Shown here in pieces: positions 31,772 through 39,214 of a DNA stretch of 64,000 bases. How positions within the stretch are numbered: position 1 is the first letter of the stretch; each line of letters opens with the position of its first letter. Under the pieces are notes generated by a model. The model did not search any database. It was not told the DNA's origin and saw only the letters and a program-made list of their open reading frames with translations. A program made the position numbers and the translations under genes. The DNA comes from Patescibacteria group bacterium (GTDB lineage Bacteria; Omnitrophota; Gorgyraeia; Gygaellales; Profunditerraquicolaceae), in the NCBI GenBank assembly GCA_035506195.1, contig DATJPV010000023.1:1050-65049 (forward strand), in the 5' to 3' direction.

Positions 31772-32986
31772 CTATATAGAACCTATGATCGAGCCACCGG
31801 AAAGCGCGGCCAACTTAACCGGGATAAGCTGGTTTGCCAGGTTACGGTTGGCTTTAGCCAAGACCTTGAGGTAATTGCCGGTATGGCCCTCCCAGAAACC
31901 GCGCTTAGCGCAAGATCGCCCCTCAAAAAGCACCTGCACTGTCTTGCCCAAAAAACGGCTGCGATAACGCACCGAGCAATCATCGGCTACCTGATTGACG
32001 CGCTCGATGCGCCGCTGCATTTCTGACGGCTCCAGCAGCCGATACTGCCGGCGCGCAGCTTGCGTCCCGGGCCTTTGCGAAAAAGGAAACACGTGCACCT
32101 TCAACGGCATGCTTACCTTGACCGTTGCGAGGGTATGCTGAAAGCATGCCTGCGTCTCCGCGGGAAAACCCACCAGCACATCGGTAGTAATGGCGATATC
32201 CGGTACGCGCCTGCGGATCATGCGTATCAGTTGCAAAAAATCACCGGCAGTATAAGCGCGGTTCATTGCCTCCAGCACCTCATCATCTCCGCTTTGTAAA
32301 GGGATGTGCAGGTGCTTACATAGTTTTTTTGAGCTCTTTAAAAGCCGGATCAGGCCTTCGGAAACGTCATTTACTTCTATGGAGCTCAACCTGAGGCGCA
32401 GGATCCCGGGGACCTCTTCGAGCTTACGGATAAGCGCAACCAAATCCGTCCGGCCGGAAGCGTCTTTACCATAGGAGCCCAGGCAGATGCCCGTCAAGAC
32501 GATCTCCCGGAAACCGCTTGCGGCCAAGGCAGACGCCTCGGCGCATATCGCATGCGCAGGCCGGCTGCGGGATCGCCCCCTGACCAGAGGGACTTTGCAA
32601 TAAGAACAAAAATTATTGCAACCGTCTTGTATTTTCAAAAATGCGCGGGTCCTGCCGGCAAAGGTGGTAATGCCATCGGGGAAAAAGGCCTTACTAATGA
32701 TGCAACGGACGCCTTTGATGCGGGAAAGCGCGGATGCGTCTTTTTTAACCAGGCAGCCGGTAACCAGGACTCCTGCGCGCGGATTGCGGCGGATGCATTG
32801 GCGGATCACCGCCTTGGATTTGCGGTCCGCGGCGGAAGTCACGGTGCAGGTGTTGATTACACAAAAATCGGCGGGCCTGCCGTTGTCGATAACGCGAAAA
32901 CCCGCACGGATAAAACGCTCTCTAATACTTTGCGTATCATACTGGTTTGCTTTACAGCCTAAAGTGAAGAACTTAACCGTTTTCAT
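31772..32986 (-). CDS. Radical SAM methylthiotransferase of the MiaB/MtaB/RimO family
   Basis: 404 aa. N-terminal MTTase cysteine triad (LGCKANQYDTQ…NTCTVTSAAD…VTGC), radical SAM CNNFCSYC (CxxxCxxC), and a TRAM-like C-terminus. Confidence 0.85.
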   Translation of the reverse strand: MKTVKFFTLGCKANQYDTQSIRERFIRAGFRVIDNGRPADFCVINTCTVTSAADRKSKAVIRQCIRRNPRAGVLVTGCLVKKDASALSRIKGVRCIISKAFFPDGITTFAGRTRAFLKIQDGCNNFCSYCKVPLVRGRSRSRPAHAICAEASALAASGFREIVLTGICLGSYGKDASGRTDLVALIRKLEEVPGILRLRLSSIEVNDVSEGLIRLLKSSKKLCKHLHIPLQSGDDEVLEAMNRAYTAGDFLQLIRMIRRRVPDIAITTDVLVGFPAETQACFQHTLATVKVSMPLKVHVFPFSQRPGTQAARRQYRLLEPSEMQRRIERVNQVADDCSVRYRSRFLGKTVQVLFEGRSCAKRGFWEGHTGNYLKVLAKANRNLANQLIPVKLAALSGGSIIGSI

Positions 32987-33707
32987 ATACAGTAATGCAG
33001 GCGGCCACGCTCAAGGCTGCGGTATCGACCCGCAACACCAGTTCTCCCAGGGAAATGCCGATGAACCCGCATTCGGCGGCGCGGGCAACCTCTTGCCGGC
33101 TGAAGTCGCCTTCCGGGCCGATACATACAATGATGCTGCGGTATCTCTGCGCGCTCAAGGCGCTTTTCAGAGAACGCCGGCTGCCGAAGAGCGAGCCGAT
33201 CAATTTAAGGTCATACTCGCCGGCCAACGCAAAAACTTTTTCCATATTCATGATCGGCTCCACAACCGGGACGGTGTTGCGCTGGCTTTGCTTTGCCGCT
33301 TCCAGCGCAATCTTTTGCCAGCGGGAAAGCCTCTGGAGCTTTTTGCGTTCATCGAGCCTAACCACAACGCGTTCGCTTTCCAGCGGTATGATACGGTCCA
33401 CGCCAAGCTGGGTGAGCTTATCTACGATTTCATCCATCTTGGCCTTTTTAGGGATAGCACAGGCAATAGCCAGGCTGTACGCCTTGGCCTTACGGTGCAG
33501 AAGCCTCTCTTTTATATCCAAGAGCACGGCTTTCTTGGAAATACTGCGAATACCGCAAAGATATTCATTGCGCTCTTCGTCGAACGCCACGATCGTATCT
33601 CCTGTCTCCAGATGCAGCACGTCCTGGATATGATGGATCTGCGCTGCGTCGTGTATGCTGATCTGAGCGGATGATATTTGTTTTGACGAAACTAAACACC
33701 GGTGCAT
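32973..33707 (-). CDS. rsmE: 16S rRNA (uracil1498-N3)-methyltransferase RsmE
   Basis: 244 aa. N-terminal PUA-like region, and a C-terminal SPOUT knot with IGPEGDFS and GISLGELVLRVDTAA. Confidence 0.85.
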   Translation of the reverse strand: MHRCLVSSKQISSAQISIHDAAQIHHIQDVLHLETGDTIVAFDEERNEYLCGIRSISKKAVLLDIKERLLHRKAKAYSLAIACAIPKKAKMDEIVDKLTQLGVDRIIPLESERVVVRLDERKKLQRLSRWQKIALEAAKQSQRNTVPVVEPIMNMEKVFALAGEYDLKLIGSLFGSRRSLKSALSAQRYRSIIVCIGPEGDFSRQEVARAAECGFIGISLGELVLRVDTAALSVAACITVYENG

Positions 33708-33711
33708 TCTC

Positions 33712-34368
33712 TCACCTATACGCTTTCATTATCACCTGGATCCCTAGAACTGCGATCACCAAACCGCAGCTCGTTCGCAACAGCCGCACATAGATAGCCG
33801 GCCCCCTGCGCAGCCAGGCCGGGATACATCCTGCCAGCGCTACCAGTACGATAAGCACGGATACGCACGTCCCTGCACCGAACGCCAGACCGTAGCAGAA
33901 GGCCTGTGCCCATGTTTTCGATACCAACCCCACATACGAAAGCACGGCAAACAAGGGGGCGCAAGGGGATATCCCCAGGACCAACCCCAGTAAGAGAGCG
34001 CTGGGGTAACCCTTTTGCAGAAAATGAGCTTCGAACATGCGACAGACTGGCCAGGCCAAATCCTTCCCCAGCGCCATGAGTACCCCTATTACGGCAATGA
34101 ACGCGCCTCCGGCAATCGCCGCATATCTGGCGATGCTGCCGCAGGCTCCTTCGAACACAAAGCTACCCGCAAAGAATACGGCGATACTCAAGCCCGCATA
34201 TACCGCCATGCGGCCGGCGCAAAACTGGGCATAAAAAGCCAGGGCCCCGGTAACGTTCTTGCGGGTGCCGGCAACATACGATACCAGTATCGGCCCGCAA
34301 CTGGCCGCGCAGGGACCACAGCCTAACAACAAACCGGTAACGAAAAGATTCGCAATAAGGGGGAACAC
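33712..34368 (-). CDS. DsbD_2/CcdA-like integral membrane protein with duplicated G-x-x-P-C motifs
   Basis: 218 aa, six predicted TM helices. Internal two-fold repeat with GLLLGCGPCAASCGPILVSYV and GLVLGISPCAPLFAVLSYV, reminiscent of the thiol-disulfide transporter (cytochrome c biogenesis CcdA/DsbD_2) fold. Family assignment is by motif only. Confidence 0.5.
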   Translation of the reverse strand: MFPLIANLFVTGLLLGCGPCAASCGPILVSYVAGTRKNVTGALAFYAQFCAGRMAVYAGLSIAVFFAGSFVFEGACGSIARYAAIAGGAFIAVIGVLMALGKDLAWPVCRMFEAHFLQKGYPSALLLGLVLGISPCAPLFAVLSYVGLVSKTWAQAFCYGLAFGAGTCVSVLIVLVALAGCIPAWLRRGPAIYVRLLRTSCGLVIAVLGIQVIMKAYR

Positions 34369-34370
34369 CG

Positions 34371-35888
34371 CTAGGGCTCTTTTTCGGAGAAGACCGTAGC
34401 CGTAAACACATAAAGCTCGGTAGCTTTTTCTTTCCAGGCGTCGGGGGAAAGCCCTGCCTTATGGCTGCAGAGCGCAGAGAGGAATTCCTCCTTTGACCAG
34501 CCGGTTTCTGCGGCCACCTGGGGCAGGAACACGCCGCTACGGTATCCGCGCTTTACCAATACGCCGTGGGTCCCGAGCTTTATTTCATCGACGGAAGAAA
34601 CCCGCTGGAGAGGAGAAAGTACCGAAATCTCTATCTCGGCATCCTTAAGCTCTGCCGGCTGAAGGGGCGGGAAACGCGGATCCCCCACTGCCGACTCGAC
34701 GGCCATATCCCTTATCGTCAGGTATAACGGCTGATTGCCGACGAGATTACCGATGCAGCCGCGCAGCTGGCCATGCTCGTGCAAGGTTACAAAGGCGCCG
34801 TGCGCCTTGGACAGGACCGGATCGTCTTCAACAAGCTCCATGCGCTTGCCGGTTTTTAAATATGCTTCTATCGAGGCGCGGGCGATCTCCAGAAGCCTTT
34901 TTTTCTGGTTAGTGTTGAGCATCTGCGCTCCCCTTTCCTGTGGTTGGTCGATGGCACAGCTGGAGTAACCCACGGTCCAGATACCCTTGATCTTTCTTCC
35001 GGTCACCACCGCGGAATTCGTGTAGTGCAGGACCTCAAGCGTTTCGTGCCCCAGCGACTTGGCCAGATCAAGCACGGTGACAACCGGAAAACCTCCGCAT
35101 AGCTGGGCTTTTTCCTCGCGCAAGCCATAGTATAATCCCAATACGTCCATATTCCTTAAATACACCAGGGTCTGCCTGTCCGCGGCCTCCGCGGCCTCAT
35201 AGTCGTAACCGTGATACATATCGCTGGAAGCGACCACCAGCACATCTTCGCGCGTGCCTATCGCCTCCTTCAAGAGACTGGCAAGCTTACGGCAGACGGC
35301 AAGAGTACAGTCCCCCATAACTATCGGCACGACCTTGAATTCGGAAAGCGACCGCTGAAGAAATGGCAGCTGTACCTCCACGGAATGCTCCTGCTCAAAT
35401 GCCGCCGGCAGAAAGGTAATCGCGCCGTCCTGATTAAGGAGCCTCTGGGCAAATTGCGCATCGACTTCGACATCGCCCAGGGGCGTCCGGAATGCCCCCT
35501 GGGGATATACAGACACCGCATCAAACCCAAAACGATGGCTTGGGCCGATCACCACGACTGTCCGGTACGGCTTGCCCTTGATCAGCTTGTACGCGTATGC
35601 AGCGGTCTGGCCGGAATATCCGTATCCGGCATGCGGACAGACCAACGCAATGACCGGGCCGGACATCGGTTTAGGCTGCGCTGCCGCAAGGAACCCGTCG
35701 ACCATCGAACGCAGCTGCTGGGGGTTATCAGGATAGAACGCGCCGGCGACGTTCGGCTCTTTGATATCGGACGCAGCGCAATTCCCCTGCGCCAAGGAAC
35801 CAAAGAGCATAGCGACAGTTACGATGATTACTTTAATTCCAGACGCCTGCGATCTTTTCTCCGCAAAATTTACATTTTCCATCGACAA
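34371..35888 (-). CDS. Fusion protein: Memo-like (AmmeMemoRadiSam protein B) N-terminal domain and AMMECR1 (AmmeMemoRadiSam protein A) C-terminal domain
   Basis: 505 aa. N-terminal half VIALVCPHAGYGYSGQTAAYAY…HSVEVQLPFLQ… is the Memo/MEMO1 extradiol-dioxygenase-like fold. C-terminal half HGAFVTLHEHGQLRGCIGNLVG…GVFLPQVAAETGW is the AMMECR1 fold. A hydrophobic N-terminal stretch (KVIIVTVAMLFGSLAQG) leaves the start (35888 or about 35810) uncertain. Confidence 0.85.
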   Translation of the reverse strand: MSMENVNFAEKRSQASGIKVIIVTVAMLFGSLAQGNCAASDIKEPNVAGAFYPDNPQQLRSMVDGFLAAAQPKPMSGPVIALVCPHAGYGYSGQTAAYAYKLIKGKPYRTVVVIGPSHRFGFDAVSVYPQGAFRTPLGDVEVDAQFAQRLLNQDGAITFLPAAFEQEHSVEVQLPFLQRSLSEFKVVPIVMGDCTLAVCRKLASLLKEAIGTREDVLVVASSDMYHGYDYEAAEAADRQTLVYLRNMDVLGLYYGLREEKAQLCGGFPVVTVLDLAKSLGHETLEVLHYTNSAVVTGRKIKGIWTVGYSSCAIDQPQERGAQMLNTNQKKRLLEIARASIEAYLKTGKRMELVEDDPVLSKAHGAFVTLHEHGQLRGCIGNLVGNQPLYLTIRDMAVESAVGDPRFPPLQPAELKDAEIEISVLSPLQRVSSVDEIKLGTHGVLVKRGYRSGVFLPQVAAETGWSKEEFLSALCSHKAGLSPDAWKEKATELYVFTATVFSEKEP

Positions 35889-36936
35889 TATTCACCTCCA
35901 GCACAATATACCCCGAACGCCTGATCAAGACCTTGTTGCAGGCAGGACAATACGTCTGCTCCGCCGGATGAGGGGATATATTTCCTATATACACGTACTT
36001 GAGCCCGCAGTCAAGCGCAATATCCCTGGCCTTTTCCAGGGCGCTTACCGGCGTCGGGTTCAACGCAGCCAGTTTATACAAAGGGAAAAAGCGGGAAAAG
36101 TGCAACGGCGTATCCGCGCCCAGGTTATCCTTGATCCAGCGGCACATGGCGATGAGTGTCTGACTGTCATCGTTAAACCCCGGGACGATCAGGTTGGTAA
36201 CCTCCAGGTGCACCCCGGCTTTTTTTATGGCTTTTAACGTCTCCAGGACCGGCCCAAGCGTAGCGTCGGAAAACCGGGCGTAGTAATCATCGCTGAATCC
36301 CTTCAGGTCGATGTTCGCCGCATCCAGATACGGAAGGAGCTGCTCCAGCGGCTCTTTGTTGATATAACCGGCGGAGTGCATCATGTTGCGTATCCCCTGC
36401 TTCTTGGCCAGCTTCGCAGTCTCCAGCATATATTCATAAAATATGGTCGGCTCAGTGTAGGTATAGGCGATGGTCGGGCTGCCCGCCTCCTTGACCCTGC
36501 GCACCAGTTCTTCGGGCGATACGTCCAGAGAACTGACCTCCTCGGGCTTGCGCTGGGAGATCTCCCAGTTTTGGCAAAATTTACAGCGCAGGTTGCACCC
36601 CGCCGTGGCGATGGAATAGGCGGCGGTGCCGGGCAGAAAATGAAACAGGGGCTTTTTTTCGATCGGATCGATGTGCACGGCGACGGGCCGGGAGTATACA
36701 AGCGTATACAGCGTGCCGTTACGGTTCTCCCTTACACCGCAGAAACCGCGCCTGCCTTCGGTAATCAGGCAGTTGCGCGGACACAAATGGCACTGGACGG
36801 CCCTGTCTTTAAGTTTCTCATAAAAAAGGGCTTCTTTGAGGGTCGTTGCGGCGGTTAACCGAGGAAGCGCAATGCAGGCCCCCAAGAGGACCCAAAGGAA
36901 GGCAAAAAGGCAAGCCGCTCTTATGGCATGCTTCAT
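35833..36936 (-). CDS. AmmeMemoRadiSam-system radical SAM enzyme (pyruvate formate-lyase activase-like)
   Basis: 367 aa. …CHLCPRNCLITEGRRGFCGVRENRNG… then radical SAM CNLRCKFCQNW (CxxxCxxC) and a C-terminal CPACNKVLIRRSGY…CKFCG. It is the typical partner of Memo/AMMECR1 genes. The N-terminal hydrophobic extension makes the true start uncertain. Confidence 0.85.
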   Translation of the reverse strand: MKHAIRAACLFAFLWVLLGACIALPRLTAATTLKEALFYEKLKDRAVQCHLCPRNCLITEGRRGFCGVRENRNGTLYTLVYSRPVAVHIDPIEKKPLFHFLPGTAAYSIATAGCNLRCKFCQNWEISQRKPEEVSSLDVSPEELVRRVKEAGSPTIAYTYTEPTIFYEYMLETAKLAKKQGIRNMMHSAGYINKEPLEQLLPYLDAANIDLKGFSDDYYARFSDATLGPVLETLKAIKKAGVHLEVTNLIVPGFNDDSQTLIAMCRWIKDNLGADTPLHFSRFFPLYKLAALNPTPVSALEKARDIALDCGLKYVYIGNISPHPAEQTYCPACNKVLIRRSGYIVLEVNIVDGKCKFCGEKIAGVWN

Positions 36937-36951
36937 GGGCAGGGATAAAAG

Positions 36952-37024
36952 TGGAGCAGATGGGATTCGAACCCACGGCCTTCGCGATGCGAACGCGACG
37001 CTCTCCCAGCTGAGCTACTGCCCC
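36952..37024 (-). tRNA. tRNA-Ala (anticodon CGC)
   Basis: Minus-strand GGGGCAGTAGCTCAGCTGGGAGAGCGTCGCGTTCGCATCGCGAAGGCCGTGGGTTCGAATCCCATCTGCTCCA. It has the G3:U70 Ala identity pair, discriminator A, and a UUCGCAU anticodon loop. Confidence 0.9.
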
Positions 37025-37133
37025 AAAAGGTTGTTGTCTAGCTGTATCTTTTGGGACGTCCCCGTAGGGGGCTGCCCGAAAATATTATCCACTTTACCAC
37101 ACTTTTCTGATTTTCGCAAATCAAAAGGCGGGG

Positions 37134-37760
37134 TTAGTTTGCCGACACCGATGGCATGCGAATGCGCGAAAAAAGCCTGATGCTCGGATTTTTGGGGCTA
37201 CCGCACGCATCAGGGTTACCGTCCGGATCCCAGCAGGCGGTTACCTGTATTTCCAGCGTATCCGCAGACGGATTCAAAACATATGTCGGCTGAGCCGGAT
37301 CGTTGCCAAAATCAGGGCTGATCTTTTTTTGAGTAATCACCTCATATACGCCCGGGGCGGTAGTAAGGTCCGGATAATACCAGACTTCGTAATTCGGCGC
37401 GGACCGGTAACGATAGGCGATCTGCCTGTCGGCAGGAGAGGCATCCCTGCGGCCATTACCGTTATAATCGATCCATACGGTCATCGTCGTGTCTCCGCCG
37501 ATGGTGGTCATTGCTATCGGAGGGTTGATCGTATCCCCTATCGCTCCGCCCCTGTCGCTTGAACCTACGATACTGCGGGTTATGTGCCCTACCAAAAATG
37601 AAGCCTCCTGCTGCACCTGGGCGCGCCGCATCGAAATGAGCAGATGACCGTAGCAAAAGCTATCGATCATCGCAAAAGCGCCGACAATGATCGACATCAG
37701 AACCAGACTTATGATAAGCTCGATAAGCGTAAGGGATTTAAGGTGTCGGAGGGGGCTCAT
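37134..37760 (-). CDS. Minor (pseudo)pilin with prepilin-type N-terminal methylation segment
   Basis: 208 aa. N-terminus MSPLRHLKSLTLIELIISLVLMSIIVGAF is a class-III signal/N-methylation-like hydrophobic helix with a conserved Glu. Lies in the pilin gene string. Confidence 0.7.
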   Translation of the reverse strand: MSPLRHLKSLTLIELIISLVLMSIIVGAFAMIDSFCYGHLLISMRRAQVQQEASFLVGHITRSIVGSSDRGGAIGDTINPPIAMTTIGGDTTMTVWIDYNGNGRRDASPADRQIAYRYRSAPNYEVWYYPDLTTAPGVYEVITQKKISPDFGNDPAQPTYVLNPSADTLEIQVTACWDPDGNPDACGSPKNPSIRLFSRIRMPSVSAN

Positions 37761-38103
37761 TCCACGTAATGGTAACTTTTACTTTTTTCAAGTGGGAATT
37801 CCCGACCCAGGCGCTCACATCAGCCGTACTGTATGCCGGGGTATAGGTAATGGGGGGCACCTGCAGGGCGCCCGGGCATCCGGTACCTGCGGTGAGGCAA
37901 TTACTGCCCCAGGTAGCCTGATTGACGTCTGCCTGCAAAGGGTCCAGAAAATACCTTCCCAGCTCTCCGCCGGCGCTACGGCTGCGGCTATGGAGCAGGC
38001 TGCGCCTGCCGGTTATGAAAACGCTGGACATCCCGGCGAGCACCAGCGCAAGCAATATTGCCGCTACCAATACCTCAATCAAGCTCACGGCCCTTTTACT
38101 CAT
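37738..38103 (-). CDS. Minor (pseudo)pilin, prepilin-type
   Basis: 121 aa. MSKRAVSLIEVLVAAILLALVLAGMSSVF (prepilin-like, with Glu at the expected position). Overlaps the neighbouring pilin genes. Confidence 0.7.
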   Translation of the reverse strand: MSKRAVSLIEVLVAAILLALVLAGMSSVFITGRRSLLHSRSRSAGGELGRYFLDPLQADVNQATWGSNCLTAGTGCPGALQVPPITYTPAYSTADVSAWVGNSHLKKVKVTITWNEPPPTP

Positions 38104-38124
38104 ACAGAAACTTAAAAGAAGCCC

Positions 38125-38523
38125 TTACCATGACCCGTCGCAGGCATACGGCTCTTCCGTGGAAGCGCTTTGATTCGTGCACCAGACATGGTTGGTTTTC
38201 GTAACGCGCTGCGCCTTACCGATAAAGGCGTTAGGGGAAGTAGTAACGTTATCGACTTTATAATTCCATCGCGATCCCGCCTGCGGCAACATAAGGTTAA
38301 GCAGGGAGTTGACCGTAGTGTTGTCGGCGGCGGCGACATAAGCCCCGATTTCCATTTTGTAGATTCTTTCAGCCGACTGGATAAGCTTCAAATTGGCGAT
38401 GGCCTCTTTATCCAAGACAGCTTCTCGGTGCGCGGTATATTGGGCTACGCCGATAGTAGCCAAGACACCGATAATGACAAGCACTACCATTGTTTCCATT
38501 AAGGTGAAGCCCTTAATCTTCAT
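38125..38523 (-). CDS. Type IV pilin-like protein (prepilin-type N-terminus)
   Basis: 132 aa. MKIKGFTLMETMVVLVIIGVLATIGVAQY is the canonical G-FTL-x-E prepilin cleavage/methylation motif. Confidence 0.8.
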   Translation of the reverse strand: MKIKGFTLMETMVVLVIIGVLATIGVAQYTAHREAVLDKEAIANLKLIQSAERIYKMEIGAYVAAADNTTVNSLLNLMLPQAGSRWNYKVDNVTTSPNAFIGKAQRVTKTNHVWCTNQSASTEEPYACDGSW

Positions 38524-38575
38524 ATAAAAAAATGACAGTCCTTATTGCGTGCCTACGCACGCAATAAGGACTGTC
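38524..38575 (-). terminator. Strong rho-independent terminator immediately downstream of pilA
   Basis: Perfect 19-bp inverted repeat 38534-38575 (gacagtccttattgcgtgc…gcacgcaataaggactgtc) with a 4-nt loop. On the minus strand it is followed by TTTTTTT (complement of 38526-38532). Confidence 0.8.
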
Positions 38576-38595
38576 TCCGAGCTTGCACAAAACAA

Positions 38596-39024
38596 TTAAT
38601 AACCGCCAGATCCTCCCCACGTATCAACACCCGTGCTCAGGACCGATGTCAACTGGACGTCTCCAGCAGTTGATGCCTGCGGGAGTTTTCCACCAGCTGT
38701 ACAACGTGTTGCTACGCCGGTAACGTTTGTTGCAGCCGAAGTTACCGAATAGCTGAACCAATGCGAGGCGCGGCAAGCGCTGGGAATCTGATCGGCATTG
38801 GTACCGATATGGGCAGTAGAAGCCCCGGTTCCAAAACTGGCGGTGCTACCGAATTCCAAATAATATCCCGCCGATAGCTTCCTGATGTCGCCCAAAATAG
38901 CCTTGGCTTCTGCACCACGAGATTTCTCGATCATTCTGGCATATTGCGTGAAACCGAGGATCGCCAACACGCCCAAAATGATAATAACTACGATCAACTC
39001 GAGCAACGTAAAACCTTTTTTCAT
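38596..39024 (-). CDS. pilA: Major type IV pilin PilA
   Basis: Start chosen at MKKGFTLLELIVVIIILGVLAILGFTQY (complement of 39022-39024). GGAGGA lies 7 nt upstream. Canonical prepilin motif. The longer ORF-track version (to 39072) adds 16 leader residues. Confidence 0.85.
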   Translation of the reverse strand: MKKGFTLLELIVVIIILGVLAILGFTQYARMIEKSRGAEAKAILGDIRKLSAGYYLEFGSTASFGTGASTAHIGTNADQIPSACRASHWFSYSVTSAATNVTGVATRCTAGGKLPQASTAGDVQLTSVLSTGVDTWGGSGGY

Positions 39025-39167
39025 GTTGTCTCCTCCTTTTTTATTATTAAACCTGTGATTCATTTGATTCATTTTTTGTTTCTCGGAAAATTTTGATTTC
39101 GGTTATAGATGTGCTGCCTGTATCTATAGAGCCTGCCTTTACCACCCCCTTTCATGCTTCTGTTCAA

Positions 39168-39196
39168 ACTATATCACAAAATACCAATGCTGTCAA
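39168..39196 (-). promoter_or_regulatory. Near-consensus sigma70 promoter for pilA
   Basis: Minus strand reads TTGACA (complement of 39191-39196), a 17-nt spacer gcattggtattttgtga, then TATAGT (complement of 39168-39173). Lies in the 142-bp pilC-pilA intergenic region. The leader that follows is over 120 nt. Confidence 0.6.
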
Positions 39197-39214
39197 CAAG
39201 TTAGCAAAGAATTA

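Noticed and set aside
37025-37133. Palindromic GGACGTCC / CCCCGTAGGGGG stretch between tRNA-Ala and the last minor pilin gene as a terminator
   Set aside because: Stems are very short (4-5 bp) with 3-nt loops and are not followed by a T-tract on the transcribed strand. Insufficient for a terminator call.
39025-39072. 16-codon N-terminal extension of pilA (MNQMNHRFNNKKGGDN)
   Set aside because: A strong GGAGG sits 7 nt before the internal ATG that begins the canonical prepilin leader MKKGFTLLELI. The extension is interpreted as untranslated leader.
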